From the NCBI GenBank assembly GCA_950097015.1, contig CATNEN010000038.1:27528001-27592000 (forward strand): a DNA stretch of 64,000 nt, given 5' to 3'. This stretch comes from Macrostomum hystrix. Taxonomy: Eukaryota > Animalia > Platyhelminthes. The notes beneath the pieces are model-generated. The model did no database searches, was not told where the DNA came from, and saw only the letters and a program-made list of their open reading frames with translations. The position numbers were made by a program, and so were the translations under genes. This document shows positions 49,605 to 59,811 of this stretch, piece after piece; within the stretch, counting starts at the first letter, position 1, and each line of letters starts with the position of its first letter.

Positions 49605-50381
49605 TCACACTGAATTAGGATTGAAAACCATTCCAAATTTGACCCAGTCATCACTGGTCTCAATCGCTTCCTCCACCTGAGCGTCAGTGAACAGCAGCAA
49701 GCGGCACAGTCCCAGTTTGCTGTTGAAGAGCACGTGTCTACTGGTGCCAGACTTCACCGCAGTAGCCATGCACTGGAGTGAGTTGGCCACCTCATACACA
49801 TCTTCGTAGCAGTACTCGGTGTTAAAGTTGTAGCTGGTGCGCTTGAACGGAGTCGGCCTCCAAGTGGCGCTGAAGATTGGCTCCATCAAAGCGTTTGGCA
49901 CGAATTCGCACACGAAGCCTCCCTTGAAGGAGCAGTAGAAGTCCGATAGCTTTCCAAAAGCGTCATTGTACTGTGCAATGCAGTCCTGAGTGAAACCGCC
50001 ATTGTTCGGGTCACCGGTCCTCCATAAGGATGCGTCCAGTGGCAGGACACCTTTGTCCAGAGTCCTAAGCCAACCCGACTGGCCTCTGTCTCTTTCATCG
50101 GGCATGTCGGTCAATCCCAGCCATAGCAGGCAGCTGCAGTTCAGGCTAGGCATGCTGCCGAGCAGCTGGAGCGAGTTGTACGAGTTGATGAGCTCACCTC
50201 CGAGCAGCAGGCACTGCCGATTGGCCGAGCACCAATCGAAGCTGTTCGACTTGTTGACGTAAACGCACTTACCGGCTTCCTGTTGGAAAGGCGCCGGACA
50301 CGGAGCTGGAGTGCACAGTGATAGGTGCGGACCCACAGCCACTAATAAAAGCAAAGCTACAACTGCTGCAGGGCAGGTCAT
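49605..50381 (-). CDS. secreted C-type lectin domain + PAN/apple-like domain protein, intronless paralog, 258 aa
   Basis: Signal peptide; LWLGLTD, WRTGDPNN, QDC, C..KGGFVCE; collinear with the gene at 47798-48544. Confidence 0.87.
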   Translation of the reverse strand: MTCPAAVVALLLLVAVGPHLSLCTPAPCPAPFQQEAGKCVYVNKSNSFDWCSANRQCLLLGGELINSYNSLQLLGSMPSLNCSCLLWLGLTDMPDERDRGQSGWLRTLDKGVLPLDASLWRTGDPNNGGFTQDCIAQYNDAFGKLSDFYCSFKGGFVCEFVPNALMEPIFSATWRPTPFKRTSYNFNTEYCYEDVYEVANSLQCMATAVKSGTSRHVLFNSKLGLCRLLLFTDAQVEEAIETSDDWVKFGMVFNPNSV

Positions 50382-50663
50382 TTCATTATTTTACGAAATA
50401 AATAGTTACGAATTTTACGATCTTCTTCTTTATGTAGCTTTAATAAGTCGTTTGATTCGTCTCCAGGAACTTCTTCTTCTATATGTTTCTTTATATAGAA
50501 TATTATAAATGTACTTGCTTTAGACCCAATTGTATGCACTCGTATTGATCCAGCTGCTATGCAGCTTCTAAATCGCGCGTGTGTATTTCTCAAGTATGTC
50601 GTGCATGCCATGCCACAATGTTAATTTTATATGAAATCTAGCCTTTAGGTGCAGCAGCATGGC

Positions 50664-50943
50664 ATTATAGCTGTTCCTAGAATTTTCCTAGAATTATGCA
50701 AGAAAATTTGCTGCAAGCCTATAGCTCTACGATTCATTAGAATTTTAGCCTGTTTGAGCACAATTCACTACATCTCAATTTATAGTCTGCCGTGGTAAAG
50801 AATTATAGCTGTTCCTAGAATTTTCCTTTCATTAATTATGCTAGAAAATTTGCTGCAAGCCTATAGCTCTACGATTCATAAGAATTTTAGCCTGTTTGAG
50901 CACAATTCACTACATCTCAATTTATAGTCTGCCGTGGTAAAGA
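50664..50943. repeat. ~140-bp direct tandem duplication
   Basis: ATTATAGCTGTTCCTAGAATTTTCC...GCCGTGGTAAAGAA occurs twice. Confidence 0.88.
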
Positions 50944-52010
50944 AGTCAACAATGTCTCGCTTCATTAAAGTACACAAGTGATTTTGGTCACCTTTTGCAG
51001 ATTAATTAACTGCGCTATTAATAGGCGGAGTACGTTAAAATGTTTAATTTGACATGATCTATTGACTTCTCGAGTTTGGTTACAAACAAAATTAGTTCGT
51101 AGGTTGATTAAGTTACTTGGACCATAGTTACTTGCCTTTCAGTTTCCCTTATCATTTTTTAAATGGTTGCAATTGATGATGAGATATTCGAATACGCATA
51201 CAAATACGCAAAGGGGAGAAAAAAGATAGGGACGGGTCACATGGGGATTAAGCCGAATCGCTTGCAAATCAGTTGAATTGAGCAGTTAAATACAGTTCGG
51301 CCTTTGGCCACGGTACAGCCGCTCAGAATCTGTTTGTCACGGTGGTGGCTCGAGCCTCAACCAGGCCCAGCAGTGCCTCCAGCGCCAAGTGTCGCTCAAG
51401 ACCGGGCCATCAGATCTCTGGATGGCAAGCCTAGCTCTCTCTGGGTAGTGCGCGTCCTGAGCCTACTCTCGCGTGTCGATCATCAGCAGTGCTTTCATGC
51501 CGAACAAGAAAATCGGTCACACGCCAGCGCGCGCGAAGGAGAGTCACATCTTCAGGTCGTCACGAGCGGAAGAATTGAAGACGTTTAAACAGATGCGCCG
51601 CACGCCAGGCCTGAGTCCTGTCGGAAACGATGGTGTCAACGATGTCTCCCATCGTTTTCTTCAGAGCCAGTGCAGGGTCAGTGCCCACATGCAATACCCG
51701 GCCGTCTTGCGCGCTTTCACCAGCAGGCCGACCCTCTTTGAGTCTTGAGAGAGCGCATTGGGCATCAGCCGGATCACAGCACAGAAGTGTGCGATGTGAT
51801 AAGCGTACGCAAGAGCAGGCAGCAGTACTGCAGGATGTCGGCAGCTTCGTCGCGGGACCAGCACATAGTCTACATGTACAACCTGCATGATGAAGATACT
51901 GATGAAGATACTGATGAAGATACTGATGAAGTGCTGCAGGTACTCTTCAGTGACACCGTCGCTCGAATGGACAAACGCCCTGGATGGATTCGCTGTTGAA
52001 CTCCGTCACA

Positions 52011-55000
52011 ATACAATACAATACAATAAGTACAATGTCCACCGACCACAAGTGGCCTGAAAAGGGGGGGCATTGTCAAAAAACACGTCTGGCCGCACAG
52101 TCTCTGATGAAGGCAGCGCCATTAGCCTGATCGGGCGCCCTGGCGTCTTCTAACAGACAGTCGATGAACCTCCGGGTTCACGCCTGACCTCGCCGGTATG
52201 GACCCTGCTGCGTGTGCAGCAAAACCTCCTGCAGCGGCTCCGGGCAGTAGGACTCAGGGCGGAGAGCGTGACCCGTCAGCTTCAGGCACTGTGAGAGATA
52301 CAATTCAGACTACTGACAACAGTAGAAAAGCAAAGACTTGGCTGCAAAACTCTCACATAACACTAAAAAGTATCGCCATAAAAATGGCAAGGTTAAAAGA
52401 GACTTCTGTGCACACTGAGAGTGGTGGGAGAGGACTGCGTGTGGCTATGGCTGACTGACGAAGGCAAACAAGCCAGAAACCGGTCTCGGTCTGCCAGCGC
52501 GAGGCTCGTTCCCCACTTTTAGTGTGTCACAGGCACCGTTGTCGCAGGATCATGCTTGGAGGGCTCAGCTTTGCCCGTTGATAGAGGGCCTGGTTTGTGA
52601 CATGATCGGTGTGGCGGTGGATGCTGAAGGCAGCGCGCAGCAGGCTGGAGTGAGCTGCGTCCAGCTGACGTTGCAGCACCTCCGTCATGGTCCAGGTTTC
52701 GGCATTGTAGAAAAGCACGATTTCCACAACCGCCTGGAACAGTCGGGTCCTCAGCAGATCTGGCAGGGCGTCGCTTTGAAGCACGACTCGAACTGAGCGG
52801 AAAGCCGCCCAGGCGAGCCCTCTGCGACGTCGCAGATCCTCTTGGACACTGGGCACAAGACCGCCAAGATGCCAGAACTGCTCACACCGGGGTAGGGATG
52901 TTGCCGTCGAGCTGTCTATGCTGGGAAGACGGATGTCAGCTGGCAGGTCAGCAGGCACAGTGAGGACCTCCGTCTTCTTGACGTTGATTTTGAGGCCAAC
53001 CCTTGCAGCGGCAGCAGCGAGGCCGTCAAGCAGGCGTTGGGCACCTTCAGCGGTGGAGGCTAACAGGGCCAGGTCGTCGCCTTAGCCTAGGACTGCCAGT
53101 CGCTTCTCTGGGTGCCGGCTGCTTGTTCGCCTGCATAGGATGTAGCCGTCTGAGTTGTCCGGTAGACCTGTCCGCAGCACCCAGTCCAGGATGAGGATGA
53201 ACAGGAAAGGAGCGAGGGTGTCTCCCTGCAGGACTCCGGATGATGTTGTGAATGGGTCAGAGAGGCCATCAGGTGTGACCACAGCGGCGAGCGTGTCTTG
53301 ATAGAGCGCCATCACTGCTGCGATCAGCTTTTCTGGTACATTGTAGGCTCGGAGAACCAGTGGTATCGCGCCTCGAGCCACTGAGTCGAAAGCCTTCAGG
53401 AAGCCAACAAACTGACAGAAAAGGTCCGATTGGCGAATGCGCGATTCCTCGATGATTCTCCGGATCGCCAGAATTTGTGTGACAGTGCCGCGTCGTGGCC
53501 GGAATCCATTCTGCTCATTCCGCAGGTACGGGTCCAGCACAGGCTGCAAGCGCATCAGTAGCAACTTGTTATACAGCTTGGCGGCGCAGGACATTAAGGA
53601 CATACCTCGGTGTTCTTCAATCTTGTTTGTGCCCGGCTTCTTGGGGATGCCGACAGTGTGGGCTCGGGTCCACTCAGGAGGTGCGATGTCTGTGTCGAGG
53701 ACCATTGATCACCCGAGCTATCTCCTGGGCAACCTTTGGAATTCTGAGCGCCTCGATTGGGATTTCGTCGGGGCCCGTAGCCTTGCCGCCTGGTGTGTTC
53801 TTGGCGAGCTGAGAGACGTCGGTTGCAGTCACATGTCCGGTGCAGAATTTGTGTGGAGGCGGCAGTGATGTGCCTGGTGGTAGTGCGAGTGCATCGGGGA
53901 GTCTGTTGCGCGCCTGCTCCTCCTAAGTCGTTGCAATCGCTCTTTGGCCTCTCTGATTGCTGGGCCGCTCATCCACACTGGTTGCTAGCGCTGTGGGAGT
54001 CGCACGAGTGGCAGCGTGCTTTCCGCTGCGGAGTGAATGGCGGCGCAGATGTCGGCATACTAAGCAGTTTGTGAGTTGCCCGGCGCGGTGGAGAAGGCGC
54101 GAGAGAAGCGGCTTCTAGTTGCCTGGTTCCGCAATGCTCTGAAGAAGCGCCTCGGTTTTTTCTTTGGTGGGCGGTAAAGGGGGTCGTGAAGTCGCAGGTC
54201 ACATAGCAGTAACTTGTGATCGGACCCCAGGGCCAGTGGTCTGATGGTGTCGCAATTCAAAGCACGGCGGCGTTCGCGGTGGCGCAGCAAAACGTGATAT
54301 AGCTGTGCGAGCCTGCGGGTTGCGTTACGGCCGGTCGCATTCCGCTTCTCCGTTTGCAACCGGCGAAGGTAGCGAGCCGGCTAGCAGGTTTGCGGAAGAT
54401 GGTATTTGCGGACACCAAGTCGTGTCGTTCTGTCAGGCTCACCAGTGCATCAGTGTTGGCGTTCTCGCGTGGAGTCACAAAAGGGGCTCTAGCTGATCGA
54501 GGCATCACGGCGTTCAGGTCGCCAAGCAGCGCCAGAGTGTCTCGCTGCGCGACGGCTTCAAGTTGATCTGATAGGAGATCGAAAAACCTGCCAGCTTCGT
54601 CTGGGTGGGCAGCTGTTGGTGCGTATGCGCAGAAGATACGCGCATTGCGGTTGCGTAGGCGAATGTCCACCCGCATTAGCCGAGGGTTCAGGGGGAGACA
54701 GCGGACGCCTTGTCGCAGCCGAGGGTTCACAAGGGCACCGACCCCGCCACGTCCCTTCTTGTCCGCGGAGGTGTAGAACAGGGTCCAGCCGCCACCAAGG
54801 TCTTCCACTTGCAAGTCTGGTCCGCTGACGATGGAGAGTTCTTGCAACATCAGTATGTCCACCCGTAGTTCTTCAGCGAGTTGGGCTACCATTCCTCTTC
54901 GCCAGGTAGCCTTCAATGTGCGGCAGTTATAGGATGCAATTCTTCTGCGCCGGTGAAGGTAGCGAGCCGGCTAGCAGGTTTGCGGAAGATGGTATTTGCG

Positions 55001-55020
55001 GACACCAAGTCGTGTCGTTC
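52011..55020 (-). mobile_element. inactive RTE-like non-LTR retrotransposon (APE + RT) with 14-bp TSD and (TTGTA)n tail
   Basis: APE motifs IASYNCRTL, LQE, YAPT, LGDLNA, SDH; RT motifs IPKK, QNGFR, AFDS, GVLQGDTLAPFLF, YADD mutated to *GDD (stop 53082-53084); frameshifts; TSD TGAACTCCGTCACA at 51997-52010 and 55021-55034. Confidence 0.92.
52290..52531. mobile_element. solo LTR (TGTGA...TCACA) with 5-bp TSD GGCAC, inserted in the LINE
   Basis: GGCAC at 52285-52289 and 52532-52536; removing the insert restores the LINE frame LRQRCL-KLTGHALR. Confidence 0.8.
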
Positions 55021-55034
55021 TGAACTCCGTCACA

Positions 55035-56120
55035 CAGCAGCTACCAGTGTGAATAAGCACACCATCTAGTTGAACAGGAGCCACGCGAGCCAGGCCTGGC
55101 TACGGAATCGATCTCCTTGCGGAAGGAAAATATAACAAAGCGAGATCATGCAGGCAGCTTGAGAACCCTTGTGGTATTGAGCCCACCCTGGCAGTGGCAT
55201 CAGCACGCGTGGTCTTCAGAAGCTGACCTAGTCCATATTTATTTCCCGGTATTAAAAGCGTCGAAAAAGAGTCAGTTGGGATAAAGATCGGGATTGGAGG
55301 AAGCAATTCAGATGAAGCAGGAGTGGTGAGCACATCGAGGTATAGTGGGTGCAGATCCACCAGCATGACCTTCCCGTTCTCAAGTGAGTCTGCGCCGACG
55401 ACTGTGCTGCATTGGCCTGGGCTTTCTGCCAGTGAGGCGGTTGATAGTAGGTAGGCCAGGTAGAACTGTGGCAGAGTTGTCGGTCGCTCGATGAATTTCA
55501 CTCTCACTCCTTCTTCGATGAAGAATTCAGTTCGCTCCTCCATAGATGAATGGTGCCTGCACGTGTACGCCTCGCGTTGATGATTTATATATGGCATGAT
55601 CGCTGTGTCCCTAAACGACATGGTTAATTGTTTGGTTGACTATCTACACGTGAAGAACAGTCGCGAAATTCTCGACAGCTACTAGCCCTTGTGAAAGGGA
55701 GTCAGCGGACTCATCCAGGGGCGGTAGTAATGTGGAGCGCATGCTGCAGCCTGTCCAGGAAGGCTGACCGCGTTTCCGAATCCCTCAAGTCAGCCCAGAG
55801 CAGTTGTTGATCAGGGCGGGGGAAATTTTAGTTTTGACTATCGGAGGTCAAGATCGTAGTCTACCAGACTGTGTTCAGACAGAAATTACGCATGGCGAAT
55901 GTTGATCACCCTGCGAACTTGACCGGAGAATCCACAATCTCTCATGCAGAAGGGGCAGAGATCCTTGAGGGAGCAGTCATGCAGTCCGGCCGCGTTGATC
56001 AGACTGTTCGGGTCGAAGAAAGTCGGCCTATTACAAGAGCGCTGCAGTGGAAAGCTAATTGACAGGAATGAGATCAATATAGCCAAGATGAAGCTGGACA
56101 GCGGCCGGTCAGGTCATGGC
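55035..56120 (-). pseudogene. unidentified GC-rich decayed coding-like sequence, continuing at ~51300-52010 across the LINE
   Basis: Protein-like minus-strand ORF pieces (55100-55621, 55886-56086, 51661-51888) with stops; no family recognised. Confidence 0.3.
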
Positions 56121-57402
56121 GTTGATCGGGGTGCCGAGACCGTCTTCGAGACCACTTTTGTGGTTAATGTAAGGTACTCGTACTCACAAAAATGGCATAC
56201 ATTTATGGCATTAAAAACTTTAAAACTCGTTGCACTTAATTTTTAATTCGCAGTCGTGGCAAAAGCTAGGGTAATTACAATCGCAAAAAAATAAAATCAA
56301 GAACGGCTAGACAGAATCGCTAAAATAAAGATGCGTCTAGCGGTTGGAACCGTTATAGACTTTGTCCACTTTTTCCACTTTGCAGTCGAGGCACAAAGCA
56401 GACACAAAACAGAGAACCGCAAACGTGTTTTTGAACCTGTTTACCTCAAAAATGGATGAGTTAGGAGCATTACAATTATGTTTTCGTTACAGAGTTTAAT
56501 GCATTTAAAGCGCTCAGAAGTTAAAACAAAAGTAAATGCATCTTGCAACTAAAGTGTTAGTCACTACGAATAAACGAGATATTCCTTAACATATTTTTTT
56601 TCGTTGCTTTTAAATAGTTTTGCTTATTTTTTACGTAAATGTTTTATTGGGAGGTCAAAATTTGACTAAATAAAAATATTATTTTTATACGGCTTTTTAT
56701 TGTGCATGGCTTTTACTTCGAGGTCCAAGGATAGGTTAGATTTACATTCGATATAAAACAAAGTAAATAAAAACTTATGCTATACAGAATACCGCTAAAG
56801 GTAGGGCCTATCCAATAGGAAAGGCATATGATATGCGTGCTGTTGTGATTTTTATTGCAAACAATATAGACATTGACCTTTTTTGCCCTTGTAACTTTGT
56901 AAGTTGTGTAGATTTTTTCTTTACCAAGAGTATAAAATTAATACTCTTTCTAAGATATAAAATATGCTACTGAAATAACAACAGCTTGAACATACCAGCA
57001 GTTAAGCTCCAAAGTACTGCTGAAAAATGGCATAGTCCAGCTGAAAAAATACAATTTTTGGCCATAGTAATTTAGCATGGCTTTTGTTCTGCCAGTAGGG
57101 CCTAGCTATCTAAATTAAGTTTCCTTGTTATGTCTAGCTTAAGCTATTGATGCCTGGCAATATGAGATTTAGCTTTTTTATTTTATTGCAATTTTTAATC
57201 CAAGTCAGTTTTCTATTTCAAATAGGCCTAGCCTTATTTACTTGTCAGTTGTCATTAGGCCTATTAATATTAGTATTAGTCTTTAGTGCTGCATATGCAT
57301 TTTGCACGCCTACCCAACCCACCTTGAGCTCTAAGTGTGCACACACAAAATTCAATGTAAGGCAAGTGCATGCATATGTCAACCATGCATGCCCAAATTG
57401 GA

Positions 57403-58142
57403 GGTACCTGGACACTTTGTCATCTTACAACTTTGTCATCAAGATGATGATCTGTCCAATATCTCAGAGGGTGGATGACGAAGAGACTTAGACTTGTGGA
57501 CACTTCGTCATCTATAAAACAAAAGTTTTCAAAGTTAGAACAGAACCACCCCTCCCCACCTCCTCATACATACATGTGCAACCTCCCAAATCTTAGCCGG
57601 CCTGTGCGACTTAGTTTTTGCTCTATTTACAACTTAGTTTGCTCTCAGTTGCAACTTAGTTTGTTTCATTGCTCTATTTATGACTTAGTTTGCTCTCATT
57701 TGCTCTATTTTTCTCTTCTCTTTTTCCTCTTCTTCACACCTTCCTTTTTTGTCCCTTGGTCCCCCCTTTGATGGTCCCCCAAGCAACCAAAAACCAAGCG
57801 CTTGGTTGCTTGGTTTTTGCGACTTTCCTTGCTTGGCCCTTGTTTCACCCGGCCAGTTCGGCCGGGTCAGCCGGGTGTTGCGCATGTATGTCCTCATATC
57901 ATGTTGGCACCTATCTTTAAACTCTTATAATGAAATTAGTTTCGACACCTCTTTTTGACAATTTAGAGTGTGAAGTGTGTTCACACCTCTGCCCCACCAC
58001 CCCACCCTCACTTTATTGATGACAAACTTGATTGCTTGTTATTAGGTAGTAGATAACAAACTGACCAAACTTTAAAGCATGCCAATTGGCTGGATGACAA
58101 AGTGTCCTACCTTCCAAGTGGATGACGAAGTGTCTAGGATCC
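57403..58142 (-). mobile_element. Mutator-like MITE (second copy, inverted) with 9-bp TSD CAAATTGGA
   Basis: Reverse complement of 33646-34046; TSD at 57394-57402 and 58143-58151. Confidence 0.87.
57569..57890. mobile_element. hAT-like MITE nested in the Mutator-like MITE
   Basis: 14-bp TIR CATACATG(T/C)GCAAC; 8-bp TSD TCCTCATA at 57561-57568 and 57891-57898; absent from the copy at 33646. Confidence 0.87.
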
Positions 58143-58619
58143 CAAATTGGAAGGCATAGGCCTATACTAGGTACATTATTGGGACTATGGCTACATGGCA
58201 ATGTTTTACTTTATTTTGCATAATATTTTTCTTTTTGAAATTGCATGCCCTCATCAGGGAATAGGGCCTATCATAAAAAAATAAAATGAACAAAGAACAA
58301 CAAGCAGCAACAAGTTAAAATGGTCATTTGGTCAGTCATTCAGAAGAAAATCACAGTGGGTAGTAATGAGCCACTTGGCCTACTTGAACTTTCAAAGCAT
58401 AGAAATATTAGCAGTTAGGAGACTCAAGATGCACTTCTATATTTTGCCCCCAGTCATCCCTAGCCCTAGCATGCAAAGCCCACAAATGCCTATGGCACTT
58501 GAACCCCCTAAATCCATATCAGCACGTAAAACCTCAGCACATTAGTATATGTCTGTGACACTTGCCATATCCTATTACATATCACCATGGTTGTGTGAGT
58601 TCAAATCAGTTTTAAAAAA

Positions 58620-58915
58620 CAGTTAATGTGTTTGCCTCTTGTACCAATGTCCTTGAGTTCAATTCTGCAATAAGGCCAGGGGGCTTGTTATGCAAGTTAT
58701 GCCCTTGAGGACCAACCTCCAAGGTGCAGTGAAAGTGTACATTGCCTGATGATCAGAAAGTCAGGGCTGATGTGCATACTGTGTACAGTTATCTTTGTGC
58801 ATCTGTGCTTAGGACTCAGTGAAATGGGCAGAGTTGCCTCCTTGCTGGCTGTGGTTCTAGTCTCATCGAATAATATGTCATTGGCCACAGTTGTACTGCA
58901 ATTATTTTATTTTTA
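58620..58915 (+). mobile_element. diverged SINE family B copy
   Basis: Similarity to SINE B with CpG decay. Confidence 0.78.
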
Positions 58916-59504
58916 TTTTTATTATTGGTGACATGCAATTGGTGAAACATAATTCATTCATTCAGTCATTCTCAGTCATTCTGAGTCATTCTCAGAAACT
59001 CAGTCATTCCTAGGTAAAAACATTTATGTTCAGTTAAGCAACAAAAATATACGAGAAAGAGTTCATTATTAGTAATATAAACAAGGATTTCATGTTTTAT
59101 TAGCAAAATAAAAAGATCATGTAAAAGTTTTTTAAATGTTAGACTATAGCTCAAATAAAAATGTTTTCATCATGATCATTTTTGTCATCATAATATTGAG
59201 CTAGAGCCATGGAACTCAAATGCAGACATATATTTGTTTTTTTGGGGCCTATCTTCTTAAGGATCTTATGGGCTTGGAGTCAGCCAAGTCAGTAAGCCCA
59301 ATTGTAGCTTTCTAGAGTTAAAAAAGAATCAGAACTTCTGAAATTTTGGTAAATGAAAAATATACAGTTAACTTTATAGCACATTTAATGAAAGCTAAGC
59401 AAAAATAAATATACTTAAAATCATAATTAATAGTTTATCAATGTGCTATCTTTGTCACTTTTTATTTGACATATTTTGAGATTAAGAAACTAGTTTTATT
59501 TAAT

Positions 59505-59655
59505 CTGAGAAAGTCAGGGGCTGACTACGCTCGTAGTATCTGTGTGTGTGTGTTCAGGAGTCAGCAAAATTGCTGGGCAGAATTGCCTCCTTGCTGGCTG
59601 CAGGTCTCTTGTCACCAAAAGATGTACCATTGCCTGCAGCTTTCCTGCAACTATT
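59505..59655 (+). mobile_element. SINE family B 3' fragment
   Basis: GAGAAAGTCAGGG...CAGAATTGCCTCC...CCTGCAA. Confidence 0.72.
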
Positions 59656-59811
59656 TTTACTCATTTTTTCATAGTTGTCATTGGTATTGGTAATTCTTAA
59701 AACACTATAAAGTCTCACTGTCATTATTTGGATGAAAAAGTTATATTAGTGCAGTATATTTATATTTATATTTATTCATTCTTTTCAGCTGAAAGTCAGC
59801 ATCACTGGGGC

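Noticed and set aside
59728-59811. N-terminal extension of the CYFIP ORF
   Set aside because: Starts at TTG in AT-rich intron-like sequence before the acceptor at 59788; the likely start is ATG 59812
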